A stretch of DNA of 64,000 bases from Desulfurivibrionaceae bacterium (GCA_031581485.1 JAVLBA010000002.1:4226-68225); one strand, 5' to 3'; counted from the stretch's first letter, positions 1 to 10,296 are shown. Program-made: numbers and translations. Notes: generated by a model from the sequence alone, not told the origin.

Positions 1-1
1 G

Positions 2-298
2 ACCCAGGCGGCCCTGGGCTGTACCCTGGATATCCCCACCGTGGATGGGGAAACCACCTTCAGCTTCCCCAAGGGTGTGCAGTCGGGCCAGACTTTTACC
101 CTGGCCGGCAAGGGCGCCCCCAGCCTCCGCACCCGCAGTGTCGGCGACATGGTCATAGAAGTGCAGGTGGCGACCCCTGCCAAACTGACCAAGAGACAGG
201 TGGAACTCCTGGAGGAATTCGCCGAAATTGAAGACGCCAAGGAGTCTGACAGCGGCTTCTTCTCCCGCCTCTTCAAAAAGAGCGAGCAAACCCAATGA
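2..298 (+). CDS. dnaJ: DnaJ co-chaperone, C-terminal fragment (5' end lies outside the window)
   Basis: The frame is open from the window edge. It reads [43 protein letters not shown]...[22 protein letters not shown], typical of the DnaJ C-terminal domains. The stop overlaps the moaC start (ATGA). Confidence 0.8.
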   Translation, partial: TQAALGCTLDIPTVDGETTFSFPKGVQSGQTFTLAGKGAPSLRTRSVGDMVIEVQVATPAKLTKRQVELLEEFAEIEDAKESDSGFFSRLFKKSEQTQ

Positions 299-777
299 CA
301 GGCGACAAAGAATTCAGCCACTTTGACGAGGCCGGCAATGCCCGCATGGTGGATGTGAGCGCCAAGCTCGACACCACCCGGCAGGCCACGGCCCACGGCG
401 TAATCACCATGAGCCCCTCCTGCTTCGCCCTGGTCAGCAAGGGCTCCATGGCCAAGGGTGACGTCCTGGGGGTTGCCAGGCTGGCCGGGATCATGGCCGC
501 CAAAAAAGTGGACAGCCTCATCCCCCTCACCCACCCCCTGCCCATCACCAAGGCGGATGTGGAATTTATATTGGATGCATCCTCTTCGGCCATTACTATT
601 CTTGCCACAGTGGGTATCACCGGCAAGACCGGCGTGGAGATGGAGGCCCTCACAGCCGTCTCCGTGGCCGCCCTGACTATTTACGACATGTGCAAGGCCG
701 TTGATAAAGGCATGGAAATTTCAAATATCCATCTGCTCAAAAAAAGTGGTGGCAAAAGCGGCACCTATGTACGATAG
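295..777 (+). CDS. moaC: Cyclic pyranopterin monophosphate synthase MoaC
   Basis: 160 aa. The [18 protein letters not shown]...[25 protein letters not shown] pattern is characteristic of MoaC. Confidence 0.9.
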   Translation: MTGDKEFSHFDEAGNARMVDVSAKLDTTRQATAHGVITMSPSCFALVSKGSMAKGDVLGVARLAGIMAAKKVDSLIPLTHPLPITKADVEFILDASSSAITILATVGITGKTGVEMEALTAVSVAALTIYDMCKAVDKGMEISNIHLLKKSGGKSGTYVR

Positions 778-895
778 TTTCATACTGATCTGCTTTTATT
801 GTCTTATTTAACAACAAGAGGCGACTGCTTCTTCTTTGACATCTCAAAAAAGTCTGGCTTTTCAGATGCGTCGCCAGCACCATAGGAGATATGCC

Positions 896-1258
896 ATGAA
901 TAAAGAACAACTGGCCTATTTTAAAGAAAAGCTTGAAGAAATGAGCGAAGAGGTCATGGCAGGGGCGGACAAGACCCTTCACGAGATGACTGACAGCGCC
1001 AGCAATTACCCTGATCCGGCCGACCGCGCCACCGCAGAATCAGACCGTAATTTCGAGCTGCGCATCCGTGACCGTGAACGAAAGCTCCTGGCCAAGATCA
1101 AAGAGGCCATGGACCGCATTGAAGACCAGAGCTTCGGCATCTGTGACGACTGCGGTGATGATATAAGCGAAAAACGTCTTGAGGCCCGGCCGGTCACCAC
1201 CCTGTGCATCAACTGTAAAACCAGGCAGGAAAATGATGAAAAGGCCAAGGTGGGCTGA
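896..1258 (+). CDS. dksA: DksA/TraR-family C4 zinc-finger transcription factor
   Basis: A coiled-coil N-terminus is followed by CDDCGDDISEKRLEARPVTTLCINC (CxxC-x17-CxxC). A GGAG lies 7 nt upstream of the ATG at 896. The upstream part of the track ORF (836-895) has no RBS support. Confidence 0.8.
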   Translation: MNKEQLAYFKEKLEEMSEEVMAGADKTLHEMTDSASNYPDPADRATAESDRNFELRIRDRERKLLAKIKEAMDRIEDQSFGICDDCGDDISEKRLEARPVTTLCINCKTRQENDEKAKVG

Positions 1259-1339
1259 TCTCCTTTCCTGATTACCGCCACATGCTGCTTCTCATCAAGA
1301 CCAGACCGGTAAATGTCCGGTTTTTAAGCGTGAATAATA

Positions 1340-2341
1340 ATGCCTGAGTTACGTAAAGATCCTGTCCTGGGGCGCTGGATTATCATTGCCAAAGAACGCG
1401 GCAAGCGACCCACCGACTTCATTATCAGTGAACCTGCCAGCAAAGGCGGCTTCTGCCCCTTGTGTCCCGGCAATGAAAAAACAACCCCTCCCGAGGTTCT
1501 CGGCTACGGCGGTCCAGGCCGTCTCCCCAACACCCCGGGCTGGACCTTGCGGGTGGTGCCCAACAAATATCCTGCCCTGGTTATTGAAGGCGATGTGAAC
1601 AAGGAAGGGGAAGGCCTCTACGACAAGATGAACGGCATTGGCGCCCACGAAGTCATCATTGAGACGCCAAACCATGAAGAATTCTTCACCCAACTCCCCT
1701 TTGAACGGATGCAGGATGTCTTTCTGGCCTTCCGTGACCGCCTGGTGGACCTGAGCCGTGACGAACGGTTCAAATATGTGATGCTTTTCAAGAATCACGG
1801 CCGGGCCGCCGGCGCCTCCCTGGAACACTCCCATTCCCAGCTTGTCGCCCTGCCCATCCTGCCCCGGATGATTGTCTCTGAACTGGCCGGCAGTCTCTCT
1901 TACTACAAGTATAAAGAGCGCTGTGTCTACTGCGACATTATCCGCCAGGAGAGCAAAGAGCAGAGCCGCCTGGTGTGCGAGAATGAACATTTTATCGTCA
2001 TCACCCCCTGGGCGCCCCGCTCGCCCTTTGAAATGTGGCTGCTGCCCAAGCAGCACGCCTCCTCCTATATCACCCAAAGCCATGACCAGTTCCAGGCCCT
2101 GACCCGGATTTTTGGCGAGGCCATGGCCCGGCTGGAGGCGTGTATCCCCAATGTGCCCTATAATTTTGTTTTGCACGGCGCCCCCTTGCGCTCAGACCCC
2201 CTGCGCCATTACCACTGGCATTTTGAGATCATGCCCAAGCTCACCAATATTGCCGGATTTGAATGGGGTTCCGGCTTTTACATAAACCCCACTCCCCCTG
2301 AAGACGCGGCCCGCTACCTGCGCGAGGTCTCCCTTACCTAA
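1340..2341 (+). CDS. galT: Galactose-1-phosphate uridylyltransferase-like HIT-superfamily nucleotidyltransferase
   Basis: Contains the CPLCPGNE zinc motif and the HSHSQL active-site motif. 333 aa. Confidence 0.75.
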   Translation: MPELRKDPVLGRWIIIAKERGKRPTDFIISEPASKGGFCPLCPGNEKTTPPEVLGYGGPGRLPNTPGWTLRVVPNKYPALVIEGDVNKEGEGLYDKMNGIGAHEVIIETPNHEEFFTQLPFERMQDVFLAFRDRLVDLSRDERFKYVMLFKNHGRAAGASLEHSHSQLVALPILPRMIVSELAGSLSYYKYKERCVYCDIIRQESKEQSRLVCENEHFIVITPWAPRSPFEMWLLPKQHASSYITQSHDQFQALTRIFGEAMARLEACIPNVPYNFVLHGAPLRSDPLRHYHWHFEIMPKLTNIAGFEWGSGFYINPTPPEDAARYLREVSLT

Positions 2342-2392
2342 ATCGTGCCAAGCAACTAGCTTGATTTGTCAGCAACCCAGACAAGGTGCATT

Positions 2393-2743
2393 ATGAAAAA
2401 GATCCTACTTGTTGATGATGAAGAGTCGATCCACCTCCTCTACCGTGAGGAGCTTGAAGAGGCCGGCTATGAGGTGCACTCCGCCCTGTCGGGTGATGAG
2501 GCTTTGAACACCCTGGATATCCTCAAACCAGACCTGGTGATCCTTGACATCAATATGCCGGGCCTAAACGGCATTGACACCCTGCGCCAGATGAAGGAAA
2601 AAATGCCGGAAATGCCGGTGATTCTCAGTTCCGCCTATCAGGAGTTCAAGCAGGATCTGGCCTCCTGGGCCTCTGACGATTATATCGTCAAATCATCCGA
2701 CTTGACCGAGCTCCTGGAGTCGGTCCACAGACATCTTGCCTAA
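2393..2743 (+). CDS. Single-domain response regulator (receiver only)
   Basis: MKKILLVDDEES...LVILDINMPGLNG...SAY...K receiver pattern. The start is taken at the internal ATG. Confidence 0.8.
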   Translation: MKKILLVDDEESIHLLYREELEEAGYEVHSALSGDEALNTLDILKPDLVILDINMPGLNGIDTLRQMKEKMPEMPVILSSAYQEFKQDLASWASDDYIVKSSDLTELLESVHRHLA

Positions 2744-2772
2744 TCCCTCTCCCTTTTGCTGCATCCTTGACC

Positions 2773-3516
2773 ATGAAAGATATTCAGAGCCAGCATGACC
2801 ACCGCCGGATCAGCATTGAAAAGGTGGGGGTCAAAGAGATCTCCTACCCCATCAAGGTCCTGGACAAGACCCATCATCACCAGCACACTGTGGCCACCGT
2901 CAATATGTCGGTGAATCTTCCCCACCATTTCAAGGGGACCCACATGAGCCGCTTTATCGAGATCCTCAACCGCTTCCACGGTGATATCAATGTCCGCAGC
3001 TTCCATCTCATTCTGGAGGAGATGAAAGAAAAACTGGAGGCGGAGCAGGCCCATATGGAGGTGGAATTCCCCTATTTCCTCCAGAAAAAAACCGGGAGCA
3101 AGACAGGCCTGCTCAGAGAGTATAGCTGCAAGATGCACGGCGCCTACGACTCCAAGGATGACCTCACCCTGGAGTTCCGGGTGCCCATTGCCCCGCCCGG
3201 GGTGGAGCAGGCCGGCGAAGGACTGCCTGAATCCCTGGGCCATTGGGGCAATGCCGACATCTGCGTCCGTTTTCGCCATTTCATCTGGATCGAGGATCTC
3301 ATTGAGATGGTGGAGGAAGTCACCAGCCATGAACTCAAGTGGTCCGCCAGCCAATCTGACCCCAACCAGCACCCCCTCTCCGTTGAGCAGCTGGCCAAGA
3401 ATCTTGGTCAACGCCTCAATGATCACCCCGACCTCTCCTGGTTCTGTGTGACGGTGGAAAACCTCTCTGAGGGCTTTTCAACCTTTGCCACCATGGTCGG
3501 CCCCCAGGACGCGTAA
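2773..3516 (+). CDS. folE2: GTP cyclohydrolase FolE2/MptA family (type IB)
   Basis: N-terminus DIQSQHDHRRISIEKVGVKEISYPIKV and overall length fit FolE2. The call rests on my recall of the family. Confidence 0.75.
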   Translation: MKDIQSQHDHRRISIEKVGVKEISYPIKVLDKTHHHQHTVATVNMSVNLPHHFKGTHMSRFIEILNRFHGDINVRSFHLILEEMKEKLEAEQAHMEVEFPYFLQKKTGSKTGLLREYSCKMHGAYDSKDDLTLEFRVPIAPPGVEQAGEGLPESLGHWGNADICVRFRHFIWIEDLIEMVEEVTSHELKWSASQSDPNQHPLSVEQLAKNLGQRLNDHPDLSWFCVTVENLSEGFSTFATMVGPQDA

Positions 3517-3670
3517 CCGGCGCCACAGCCCCCCTCTCTTCCAACACCCACAGCAGGCGGACACAATGGCGCCACTTTCCTCTGGTCTATTGGGGCAGGC
3601 AGGGGTATAGTCCTTGGTTTCTGTTTGCCCGAGAGCCCCTTTGCCAATCACTTATCCCCATGGAATCACC

Positions 3671-5746
3671 ATGCACCATGAATTCTTACTTGAGATAGGC
3701 ACGGAAGAGATTCCGGCCAGTTATATAGAACCTGCCCTCAACTCTCTCCAAGAGGGGATGAAGAAAAAGCTCCTTGAGCTCGGCCTGCCCTTTGGCGCCC
3801 TGCACACGGCGGCAACGCCGCGTCGACTGACCCTGGTGGTCAGCGACCTTGCCCAGCGCCAGGAGGATCAGCGCCTGGAGGTGATGGGCCCCCCCAAACA
3901 GGCCGGTTTTGACGCTGACCACAAACCCACCAAGGCGGCCCTGGGTTTTGCCCGCTCAAAGGGCGCCACAGTGGATGATATCCAGGTGGTGAACACGGAA
4001 AAGGGCGACTATCTCATGGTCGTCCAGGAGATCAAGGGCCAGGAGACCGCCCTCCTTCTTCAGAAATTCCTGCCTGAACTCATCCTGGCCACCCCTTTTC
4101 CCAAGTCCATGCGCTGGGCGGACAAGGACACCCATTTTGCCCGACCTCTGCAGTGGCTGGTGGCCCTTCTGGGGGGCCAGACCGTTCCCTTTACCATTGA
4201 CGACATCCAGAGCGGCAACACCACCCGCGGCCATCGTTTCATGTGCCCGGAAGTCCGGCAGGTTACTGATTTCAGGCAGTATGAGGAGACCCTCCGGGCC
4301 ATGGAGGTCATGGTGGATATCCAGAAACGGCGTGACCTCGTCGCCAGGCAGGTCACCGAGGCGGCCAGCGCCATGGGCGGCCGCGTGGTCCTTGATCTCG
4401 ACCTCCTTGACATTGTCACCCACCTGGTGGAATCACCCCATGCCCTGGGCGGCTCCTTTGACCGCAAGTTCCTGGAACTCCCCACCGAGGTGCTCACCAC
4501 CTCCATGCGGGTCAACCAGAAGTACTTCACAGTAGCAGACCCAGAGGGCACCCTGCTCCCCTCTTTTGTGGCAGTGAACAATACCAGGGTGAAGGATGAG
4601 GCCATCTCCAGAGAGGGCCATCAGCGGGTCCTGCGGGCCCGTCTGGAAGACGGCCTCTTCTTCTATAATGAGGATCGCAAGCGCCCCTTGGCGGCCTACA
4701 AGGCGGCCCTGGCCGGAGTGGTCTTCCAGGCCCAGCTGGGCACCATGGCCGCCAAGAACGAACGTCTCACCTGCCTGGCCCAGGATCTGGCCCAGGCCTT
4801 GGAGCCCGGTCTTGTGGACACCACAAAGAGGGCGGCTGAACTCTGCAAGGCGGATCTGGTCACCGACATGGTAGGTGAATTCCCGTCCCTGCAAGGAGTG
4901 ATGGGCAAATATTACGCCCTGCATGACGGCGAAAAACCAGAGGTGGCAGCGGCCATTCTGGATCATTATAAACCGCTGCGCTCAGGCAGCCCCTTACCGG
5001 CCGGCCGAGCCGGCGCCCTGGTGGGCTTGGCCGACCGTATCGACACGCTGGCCGGCTGCTTTGCCATCGGCAAAATACCCACCGGCGCCACCGACCCCTA
5101 CGGCCTCCGCCGGCATGCCCTGGCCCTTATCCATATTATCAGTGCCCAGGGCTGGCATCTTTCCCTGCGTGCCATCTTCCGTCAGGCCCTGAGCCTTTAC
5201 GGCGAGCAGATCACCACCGATAAAGAGGAAACCCTGGCCGCCCTCCTCAGCTTCATCAAGGGCCGCTACAGCAACGATCTTATTGCCGGAGGCAATAGCA
5301 GTGAGGCGGTGGAAGCCGCCACCGCAGTGCTCTTTGACGACATCGTTGATTGCAACCAGCGGCTGGCGGCCTTAAGCGCCATCGCCCACCATGAGACCTT
5401 CACCCTGCTGGCCGGGGCCTTCAAGCGGGTAACCAACATCATCAAGGATCATGATGAGAGCGAGGTGGAGCCGGATCTCCTCTGCGAAGAGGCGGAGCAA
5501 AGGCTTTTCAGCATCTTCGTGCAGGTCAGAGATCAATGCCGCCCCCTGCTTGACAAACGGGAGTATGGGGCGGCCCTGCAGGCTATTTTGTCGATGAAAG
5601 AGCCGGTGGACCGCTTCTTTGATGAGGTGATGGTAATGGCCGAAGACGAAGCGGTGCGGCAGAACAGGCTCTCCCTGCTGACGGCCATCGCTCATCTCTT
5701 CCTGCAGATCGGCGACTTTGCCAAGATGTACACCCTGAAGGGGTGA
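3671..5746 (+). CDS. glyS: Glycine--tRNA ligase beta subunit
   Basis: N-terminus EFLLEIGTEEIPASY, about 690 aa, with GlyS-typical blocks throughout. No glyQ lies directly upstream. Confidence 0.9.
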   Translation: MHHEFLLEIGTEEIPASYIEPALNSLQEGMKKKLLELGLPFGALHTAATPRRLTLVVSDLAQRQEDQRLEVMGPPKQAGFDADHKPTKAALGFARSKGATVDDIQVVNTEKGDYLMVVQEIKGQETALLLQKFLPELILATPFPKSMRWADKDTHFARPLQWLVALLGGQTVPFTIDDIQSGNTTRGHRFMCPEVRQVTDFRQYEETLRAMEVMVDIQKRRDLVARQVTEAASAMGGRVVLDLDLLDIVTHLVESPHALGGSFDRKFLELPTEVLTTSMRVNQKYFTVADPEGTLLPSFVAVNNTRVKDEAISREGHQRVLRARLEDGLFFYNEDRKRPLAAYKAALAGVVFQAQLGTMAAKNERLTCLAQDLAQALEPGLVDTTKRAAELCKADLVTDMVGEFPSLQGVMGKYYALHDGEKPEVAAAILDHYKPLRSGSPLPAGRAGALVGLADRIDTLAGCFAIGKIPTGATDPYGLRRHALALIHIISAQGWHLSLRAIFRQALSLYGEQITTDKEETLAALLSFIKGRYSNDLIAGGNSSEAVEAATAVLFDDIVDCNQRLAALSAIAHHETFTLLAGAFKRVTNIIKDHDESEVEPDLLCEEAEQRLFSIFVQVRDQCRPLLDKREYGAALQAILSMKEPVDRFFDEVMVMAEDEAVRQNRLSLLTAIAHLFLQIGDFAKMYTLKG

Positions 5747-5775
5747 CCCTGGTTTCTCCTGTGATGAAAAGGTAC

Positions 5776-7029
5776 TTAGTTGCCGAAATAGATGTGGCTG
5801 GCCGCCTCCACCGAGACAGCCAGCAGCGGCGGCAGGTCCAGGCTATTAACAGAAAGGGTCTGACATAGCTGCATCACCAAGTGCCAAGCCCCCTGCTCAT
5901 AGGCCTTGGTGAGAGCCAGCACCGGGGCCAGGCGGCCGGTGCCGCTGAGCAGGGCCTCGCAGAGATCCGGGTCCAGATGAAGACCGTCGAGAATCTGCCC
6001 CATATCCCTTTCCAGAATAACGTCAAGCAGACTGAGCATACCCAGGGTGTAACAGGTGGCCCTGGTGCCGATGCCGGGCAGCAGGACGCTCAGACCTTGA
6101 CAGAAACGGGCCCGCTGCACCGAAAGAGAGAGCAGCTCGTGGGGTTTGTCGTCGGCAAGATAGGAAAGCATCATCATACTGATCCACTGCCTGAGGGTCT
6201 CTTCCCCCACCAGGGCAATGGCGCTCTGCAGTGATTTGACCTCAACCCGCACCGCAAAGGCGGCGGAATTGACATAGCGCAGCAGCTTGTAGGCCAAGGA
6301 GACATCATGGGAAATCAACTCCGCCATTTTGTCATAATCCGTGGTGGGGTCCTGGAGTTGACCGAGCATATTGAGATAGCGCAGTTTGGAGCCGGGAATA
6401 TCCTTGCTGCTTAAAATCTCCGGCCTGCTGAAAAAATAGCCCTGATAAAGATGAAAACCCATTTCCTTCAGACGCTCGAACTGGGCCATGGTCTCCACCT
6501 TTTCCGCAAGCAGCTTGAGGTTGAATTTCCTGGCCCTGGCCACCTCCTCCTCCAGTTCCTGCCAACTCATGGCCAGTACATCAAACTTGACGATCTTGGC
6601 CATCTCCATGAGCGGCTCCAGCTCCGGGCGATACCTGAAGTCATCCAGGGCAAAGACATAGCCCTTTTCCACAAGCCTGGCACAATTCTTCAGCAGAGAA
6701 GGGGTAACCTTGACGTCCTCCAGGATCTCCACCACGGTGTTGCGTGCTGAAAAGAGAAAAGAGGTATGGCGATTGAGCATGCCCTGCGGAAAATTGATAA
6801 AGGCCCGTTTGCCACCGGTGACCTGCTGCAGACCCAGCAGATACTGGCTGTTGCTCATCACCTGGGAGGTGGCTGTCATGGAATCAATGGCAGCACTGCA
6901 GAAATTCTGGAGTCCGGAGCGGAAAAGCAGCTCATAGCCAAAGACATTCATATTGGCCCGGAAAATCGGCTGCCGGGCAAGAAAGGCCCGGCTGGTATCC
7001 ATGATTTTGTTCGGCAGATCGAGGGTCAT
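5776..7029 (-). CDS. EAL-domain (putative c-di-GMP phosphodiesterase) plus HDOD-domain signalling protein
   Basis: EAL-domain blocks are present: GYELLFR, EILE, ALDDF, KFD, AEKVE, QGYFF. A C-terminal HDOD-like helical region follows. The start is taken at MTLDLPN. Confidence 0.8.
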   Translation of the reverse strand: MTLDLPNKIMDTSRAFLARQPIFRANMNVFGYELLFRSGLQNFCSAAIDSMTATSQVMSNSQYLLGLQQVTGGKRAFINFPQGMLNRHTSFLFSARNTVVEILEDVKVTPSLLKNCARLVEKGYVFALDDFRYRPELEPLMEMAKIVKFDVLAMSWQELEEEVARARKFNLKLLAEKVETMAQFERLKEMGFHLYQGYFFSRPEILSSKDIPGSKLRYLNMLGQLQDPTTDYDKMAELISHDVSLAYKLLRYVNSAAFAVRVEVKSLQSAIALVGEETLRQWISMMMLSYLADDKPHELLSLSVQRARFCQGLSVLLPGIGTRATCYTLGMLSLLDVILERDMGQILDGLHLDPDLCEALLSGTGRLAPVLALTKAYEQGAWHLVMQLCQTLSVNSLDLPPLLAVSVEAASHIYFGN

Positions 7030-7121
7030 GATTTTCCTTATCACCCAGAAAACATTCTCACCCCTGTGGCAGCAGCATGTGCCTGCCAACAGGACGTCCA
7101 TTCATGTGCAGATCCCGGCAA

Positions 7122-7745
7122 TCAAGAGAAGGGGCCGGCCGTCTCCAGGGCCCCGACTGCCAGGAGCGCGGTAACCACCTCTGCCACCGGCAGGCCGATG
7201 ACATTGGTATAGGAGCCGGAAATCTCGGCAACCAGGAAGGCACCGCCACTCTGCATCCCGTAGGCTCCTGCCTTGTCATCTCCGTCGCCCGTGGCCACAT
7301 AGGCGGCAATAACCCGGGGCTCCAGATCAGTAAAGCGGACCCTGGTCACCACCGCCTCCACCTTCTCAAGATGGGGCTCCTGGCGGCAAAGGGCAAAGCC
7401 GGTCCACACCTCATGCCAGCGCCCGGCCAGGGAGGCGAGGATCTCCTCTGCCTCCTGGCGGCTGCCCGGCTTGCCTAGGAGATGGCCATCGCGCACCACA
7501 ACGGTATCCGCCCCCAGAACCAGATGACCGGGATGATCCTGGGCCACGGCCTGGGCCTTTTCCCGGGCCAGACGCCGGACAAAGATCTCAGGCCCTTCGC
7601 CGGTCAGGGCGGTTTCATCCACCTCTGTTGGTGCAACCAGAAAGGAGAGGCCGAGACCGGTGAGAAAATCGCGGCGCCTGGGTGAGCCTGAGGCCAGGAT
7701 CAGGGGCTGCACGGCTTTGAAAACTGCCTGCGCTGCCATCATCAT
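7122..7745 (-). CDS. maf: Maf-like nucleoside triphosphate pyrophosphatase
   Basis: LILASGSPRRRDFL...GADTVV...KAGAYGMQ pattern. The start overlaps the stop of the upstream SDR gene. Confidence 0.85.
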   Translation of the reverse strand: MMMAAQAVFKAVQPLILASGSPRRRDFLTGLGLSFLVAPTEVDETALTGEGPEIFVRRLAREKAQAVAQDHPGHLVLGADTVVVRDGHLLGKPGSRQEAEEILASLAGRWHEVWTGFALCRQEPHLEKVEAVVTRVRFTDLEPRVIAAYVATGDGDDKAGAYGMQSGGAFLVAEISGSYTNVIGLPVAEVVTALLAVGALETAGPFS

Positions 7746-8494
7746 GCCCTGATGGAATATCCCCCGTCCACCACCACGGTCTGGCCATGGATCATCTTGG
7801 CCAGATCACTGGCCAGAAAGAGGGCCACGTCCGCCACATCATCCGGGGTGGTTAAAACTCCCATGGGGGTCCGGGCCAGGGCGGTGTCCAGGATCTGCTT
7901 GCGGTTGGGGAATTTCTTGAGGGCCTCGGTGTCCACGGCACCCGCACTGATGGTATTAACTGTTATCTTCTTTTCTCCCAGTTCAACGGCCAGATGGCGG
8001 ACCAGGGATTCCAGGGCCGCCTTGGAGGCCCCCACTGCCGTGTAATTTTCCACGGCCCGAACCGAACCAAGACTTGACACTGCCATAATCCTTCCCCCAT
8101 CGAGCATCAAGGGCACTGCCTGCTGGGCCAGAGTGAGCAGGGCCCGGGCATTGATATCCATGGCCCAATTCCAGTGGCGGGGGGAAAGTTCCATGGCCGG
8201 CTTCAAGACCCCGGAGGCGGCATTGGAGACCAGAAAATCGAGGCGGCCATAGCGCTCTTTGATCTGCTGAAACATGGCCACCACATCCTCGTCATTGGCA
8301 ACATTGGCCTTGACTACTAGACACTCAGCCCCGCGCTCCTGCACCAGGCGCGCTGTTTCTTCAGCATCTTGGCGATGACGGACATAATTGACCACGATAT
8401 TGACGCCATTTTCGGCAAAACGCAGGGCAATGGCCTTACCAATACCCCGAGAGCTCCCGGTGATTATTGCTACTTTCCCTGAAAGATTAAACAT
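7742..8494 (-). CDS. Short-chain dehydrogenase/reductase, FabL/FabG-like (enoyl- or 3-oxoacyl-ACP reductase)
   Basis: GKVAIITGSSRGIGKAIA Rossmann motif; S..YTAVGASK catalytic Y-x3-K. The start is taken at MFNLSGK. Confidence 0.75.
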   Translation of the reverse strand: MFNLSGKVAIITGSSRGIGKAIALRFAENGVNIVVNYVRHRQDAEETARLVQERGAECLVVKANVANDEDVVAMFQQIKERYGRLDFLVSNAASGVLKPAMELSPRHWNWAMDINARALLTLAQQAVPLMLDGGRIMAVSSLGSVRAVENYTAVGASKAALESLVRHLAVELGEKKITVNTISAGAVDTEALKKFPNRKQILDTALARTPMGVLTTPDDVADVALFLASDLAKMIHGQTVVVDGGYSIRA

Positions 8495-8610
8495 GACAAA
8501 ACTCCTTTCTATGAAATGGCCAGGACAAGACCAACAGCTCTTTTGCTTGAGATGAGAAGACAAAAGGGGGATTGTAGCAGGATAGAGCCGGGAAGCAAAG
8601 CGTTTTCCAC

Positions 8611-9576
8611 TTAGCCCCAGCCCTTCCCCTTCTCCCTTTGCCTGGCCAGCCAGACCTTGAATCTCGCCGCCAGACTGGCCAGGAGGTGGCGACTATGAAA
8701 GGGAATCGGGCGCAGTTGGCCCGGCACCAGAAAGTCCTCCACTGCCACCTCCTCCGGGGAGAGCAGGGGGAAGGCCAGGGTGTCCAGATCATGGCCCCTG
8801 TCCCGGCGGTCGCAGCTGGCCTGCCAGAGGGGCGAGGATTCCGGGTCCAACTTGATCACGGCCAGCAATGCCCGGTCCAGGGCCAAGGCCCATGGGCTGG
8901 CCGCCATCACCCCCAGGGGATAGGCCTCTCCGCCCAAGGGGCCGGTGCGGTGCATGGCCGTGATGGCGTCACACAGGGAAAGTCCCGGCGGCACCAGAAA
9001 AGGCAGATCCGCCAGCAGATCAAAAAAGGCGCGGCCATCACCCTGGCCATGGACCTGATGCCCCCACGCCTTACGCCAGCCCTTGATGATGCCGTAATGA
9101 TTTTTCACGGCCAGGGAGACCCGGGTCTGGCCGTGGCTTTTGAGCTTGGGAAGATTGATGAAATAATCACATTCCAGGGCATCGACGGCCACGGCAATCT
9201 CAAGGCCGCGGCGGGTGGTGACAACACGGCTCTTCTGAAAAGGGGCATAGGAGACCGGCAGCCCTTTGAGGGCCGTGGTCATGCCGCAGATGTGCATGGC
9301 CCGCAGACCGGAGCCGGTGGCAGGGGAGTCCCCCACCACCACCTGGGCGCCTTGGTCGACAAACCATTGGGCAACCCCGGCCACAAACTCCGGATGGGTG
9401 CAGGCGAGATCTCCCTGATAGCGGGCCGCCACCAGGTTGGGCTTCAAAAGAACCCTGCTCCCCCGGGAACACGTCCAGGCAAGGGCGGCAAGCAGGCCAT
9501 CCACCACCCGGACCATCTCCTGGCGGTCATAGGAGAGACAGCGGCTGATGGCCACTGCTCTTTTTTCCCCAGCCAT
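8611..9576 (-). CDS. DUF362-domain protein
   Basis: VAISRCLSYD...VLLKPNLV...THPEFV...VVVGDSP pattern is typical of DUF362. A strong GGAGGAGAG RBS precedes the ATG at 9576. Confidence 0.7.
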   Translation of the reverse strand: MAGEKRAVAISRCLSYDRQEMVRVVDGLLAALAWTCSRGSRVLLKPNLVAARYQGDLACTHPEFVAGVAQWFVDQGAQVVVGDSPATGSGLRAMHICGMTTALKGLPVSYAPFQKSRVVTTRRGLEIAVAVDALECDYFINLPKLKSHGQTRVSLAVKNHYGIIKGWRKAWGHQVHGQGDGRAFFDLLADLPFLVPPGLSLCDAITAMHRTGPLGGEAYPLGVMAASPWALALDRALLAVIKLDPESSPLWQASCDRRDRGHDLDTLAFPLLSPEEVAVEDFLVPGQLRPIPFHSRHLLASLAARFKVWLARQREKGKGWG

Positions 9577-9629
9577 TCTCTCTCCTCCCCTGCCCTCTTT
9601 TCTCCATCTGCCCACATATAGTAGTGTAC

Positions 9630-9645
9630 AGCAGGCAAACTACCA
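9630..9645 (-). promoter_or_regulatory. Weak sigma-54-type -24/-12 candidate upstream of the DUF362 gene
   Basis: The minus strand reads TGGTAG-TTTGC-CTGCT. GG-to-GC spacing is correct, but C-to-T and C-to-G changes occur in the -24 box. Confidence 0.25.
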
Positions 9646-9701
9646 TTTTTATTGCAGAATTACAGCAGAAAGAGCGCCCCTGGAAATCGATACCCACAAA
9701 G

Positions 9702-9739
9702 AAAAAGGCCGGCCTTGGGGGGACAAGTCCGGCCTTTTT
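9702..9739. terminator. Strong symmetric hairpin flanked by A5/T5 (bidirectional intrinsic-terminator-like)
   Basis: AAAAAGGCCGGCCTTG-GGGGGA-CAAGTCCGGCCTTTTT. The stem is about 10 GC-rich bp with one mismatch, and a U-run follows on either strand. It lies between divergent genes. Confidence 0.5.
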
Positions 9740-10296
9740 CAGGAGAAAGGAGATATGAAGTACTACTGCCTTATTCTTCTTACAACATCCATGCCACCTT
9801 GAAAAAGAATATCCCCTTCCCTTCTCCTGCCCCCTGCCGCAGGCCTTGCCGGCAAAAAGGACCTTCCCTGCAGGCAGAGTGAGCTATTCAATTTTTTAAA
9901 CTTGCCGCCACCAAGAGCGGCACTGGCTGTAATTAAGATGCTACATCAGCCATATACGCTGCAGAAGAGTTTTTATACCTCCCCCTGAGATAGCCGGCAG
10001 CCCCCACAGGGCACTCCTCTTTTCTGGCCTTTCCTTAGAAAAGGGGTCTGGATTATTGCACCAAAGTATAAATTTTAGCACCGCCCCGAAACGCCCCGGT
10101 CTGGGGCCCTCCATCCGCCCCTTATTACCCCCTGCCGCCTTAGCGGATTATTGACTTTTCTCCCTGCAGACCAGTCAAAAAAATGACCAAAACCACCTGC
10201 CCATCCAGAAAAAGAGCGTATCTCTCGCAATAATGCCGACAATTTACGCCGCTAGAACAACAAGTTGTCAAGAAGCAACTGCTTAAGAAAAAGCCG

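Noticed and set aside
9755-9802. A 15-codon mini-ORF (MKYYCLILLTTSMPP) with an upstream AGGAG, just after the hairpin.
   Set aside because: It is too short and unconserved-looking to call as a gene from sequence alone. It is mentioned only as context in the intergenic-region finding.
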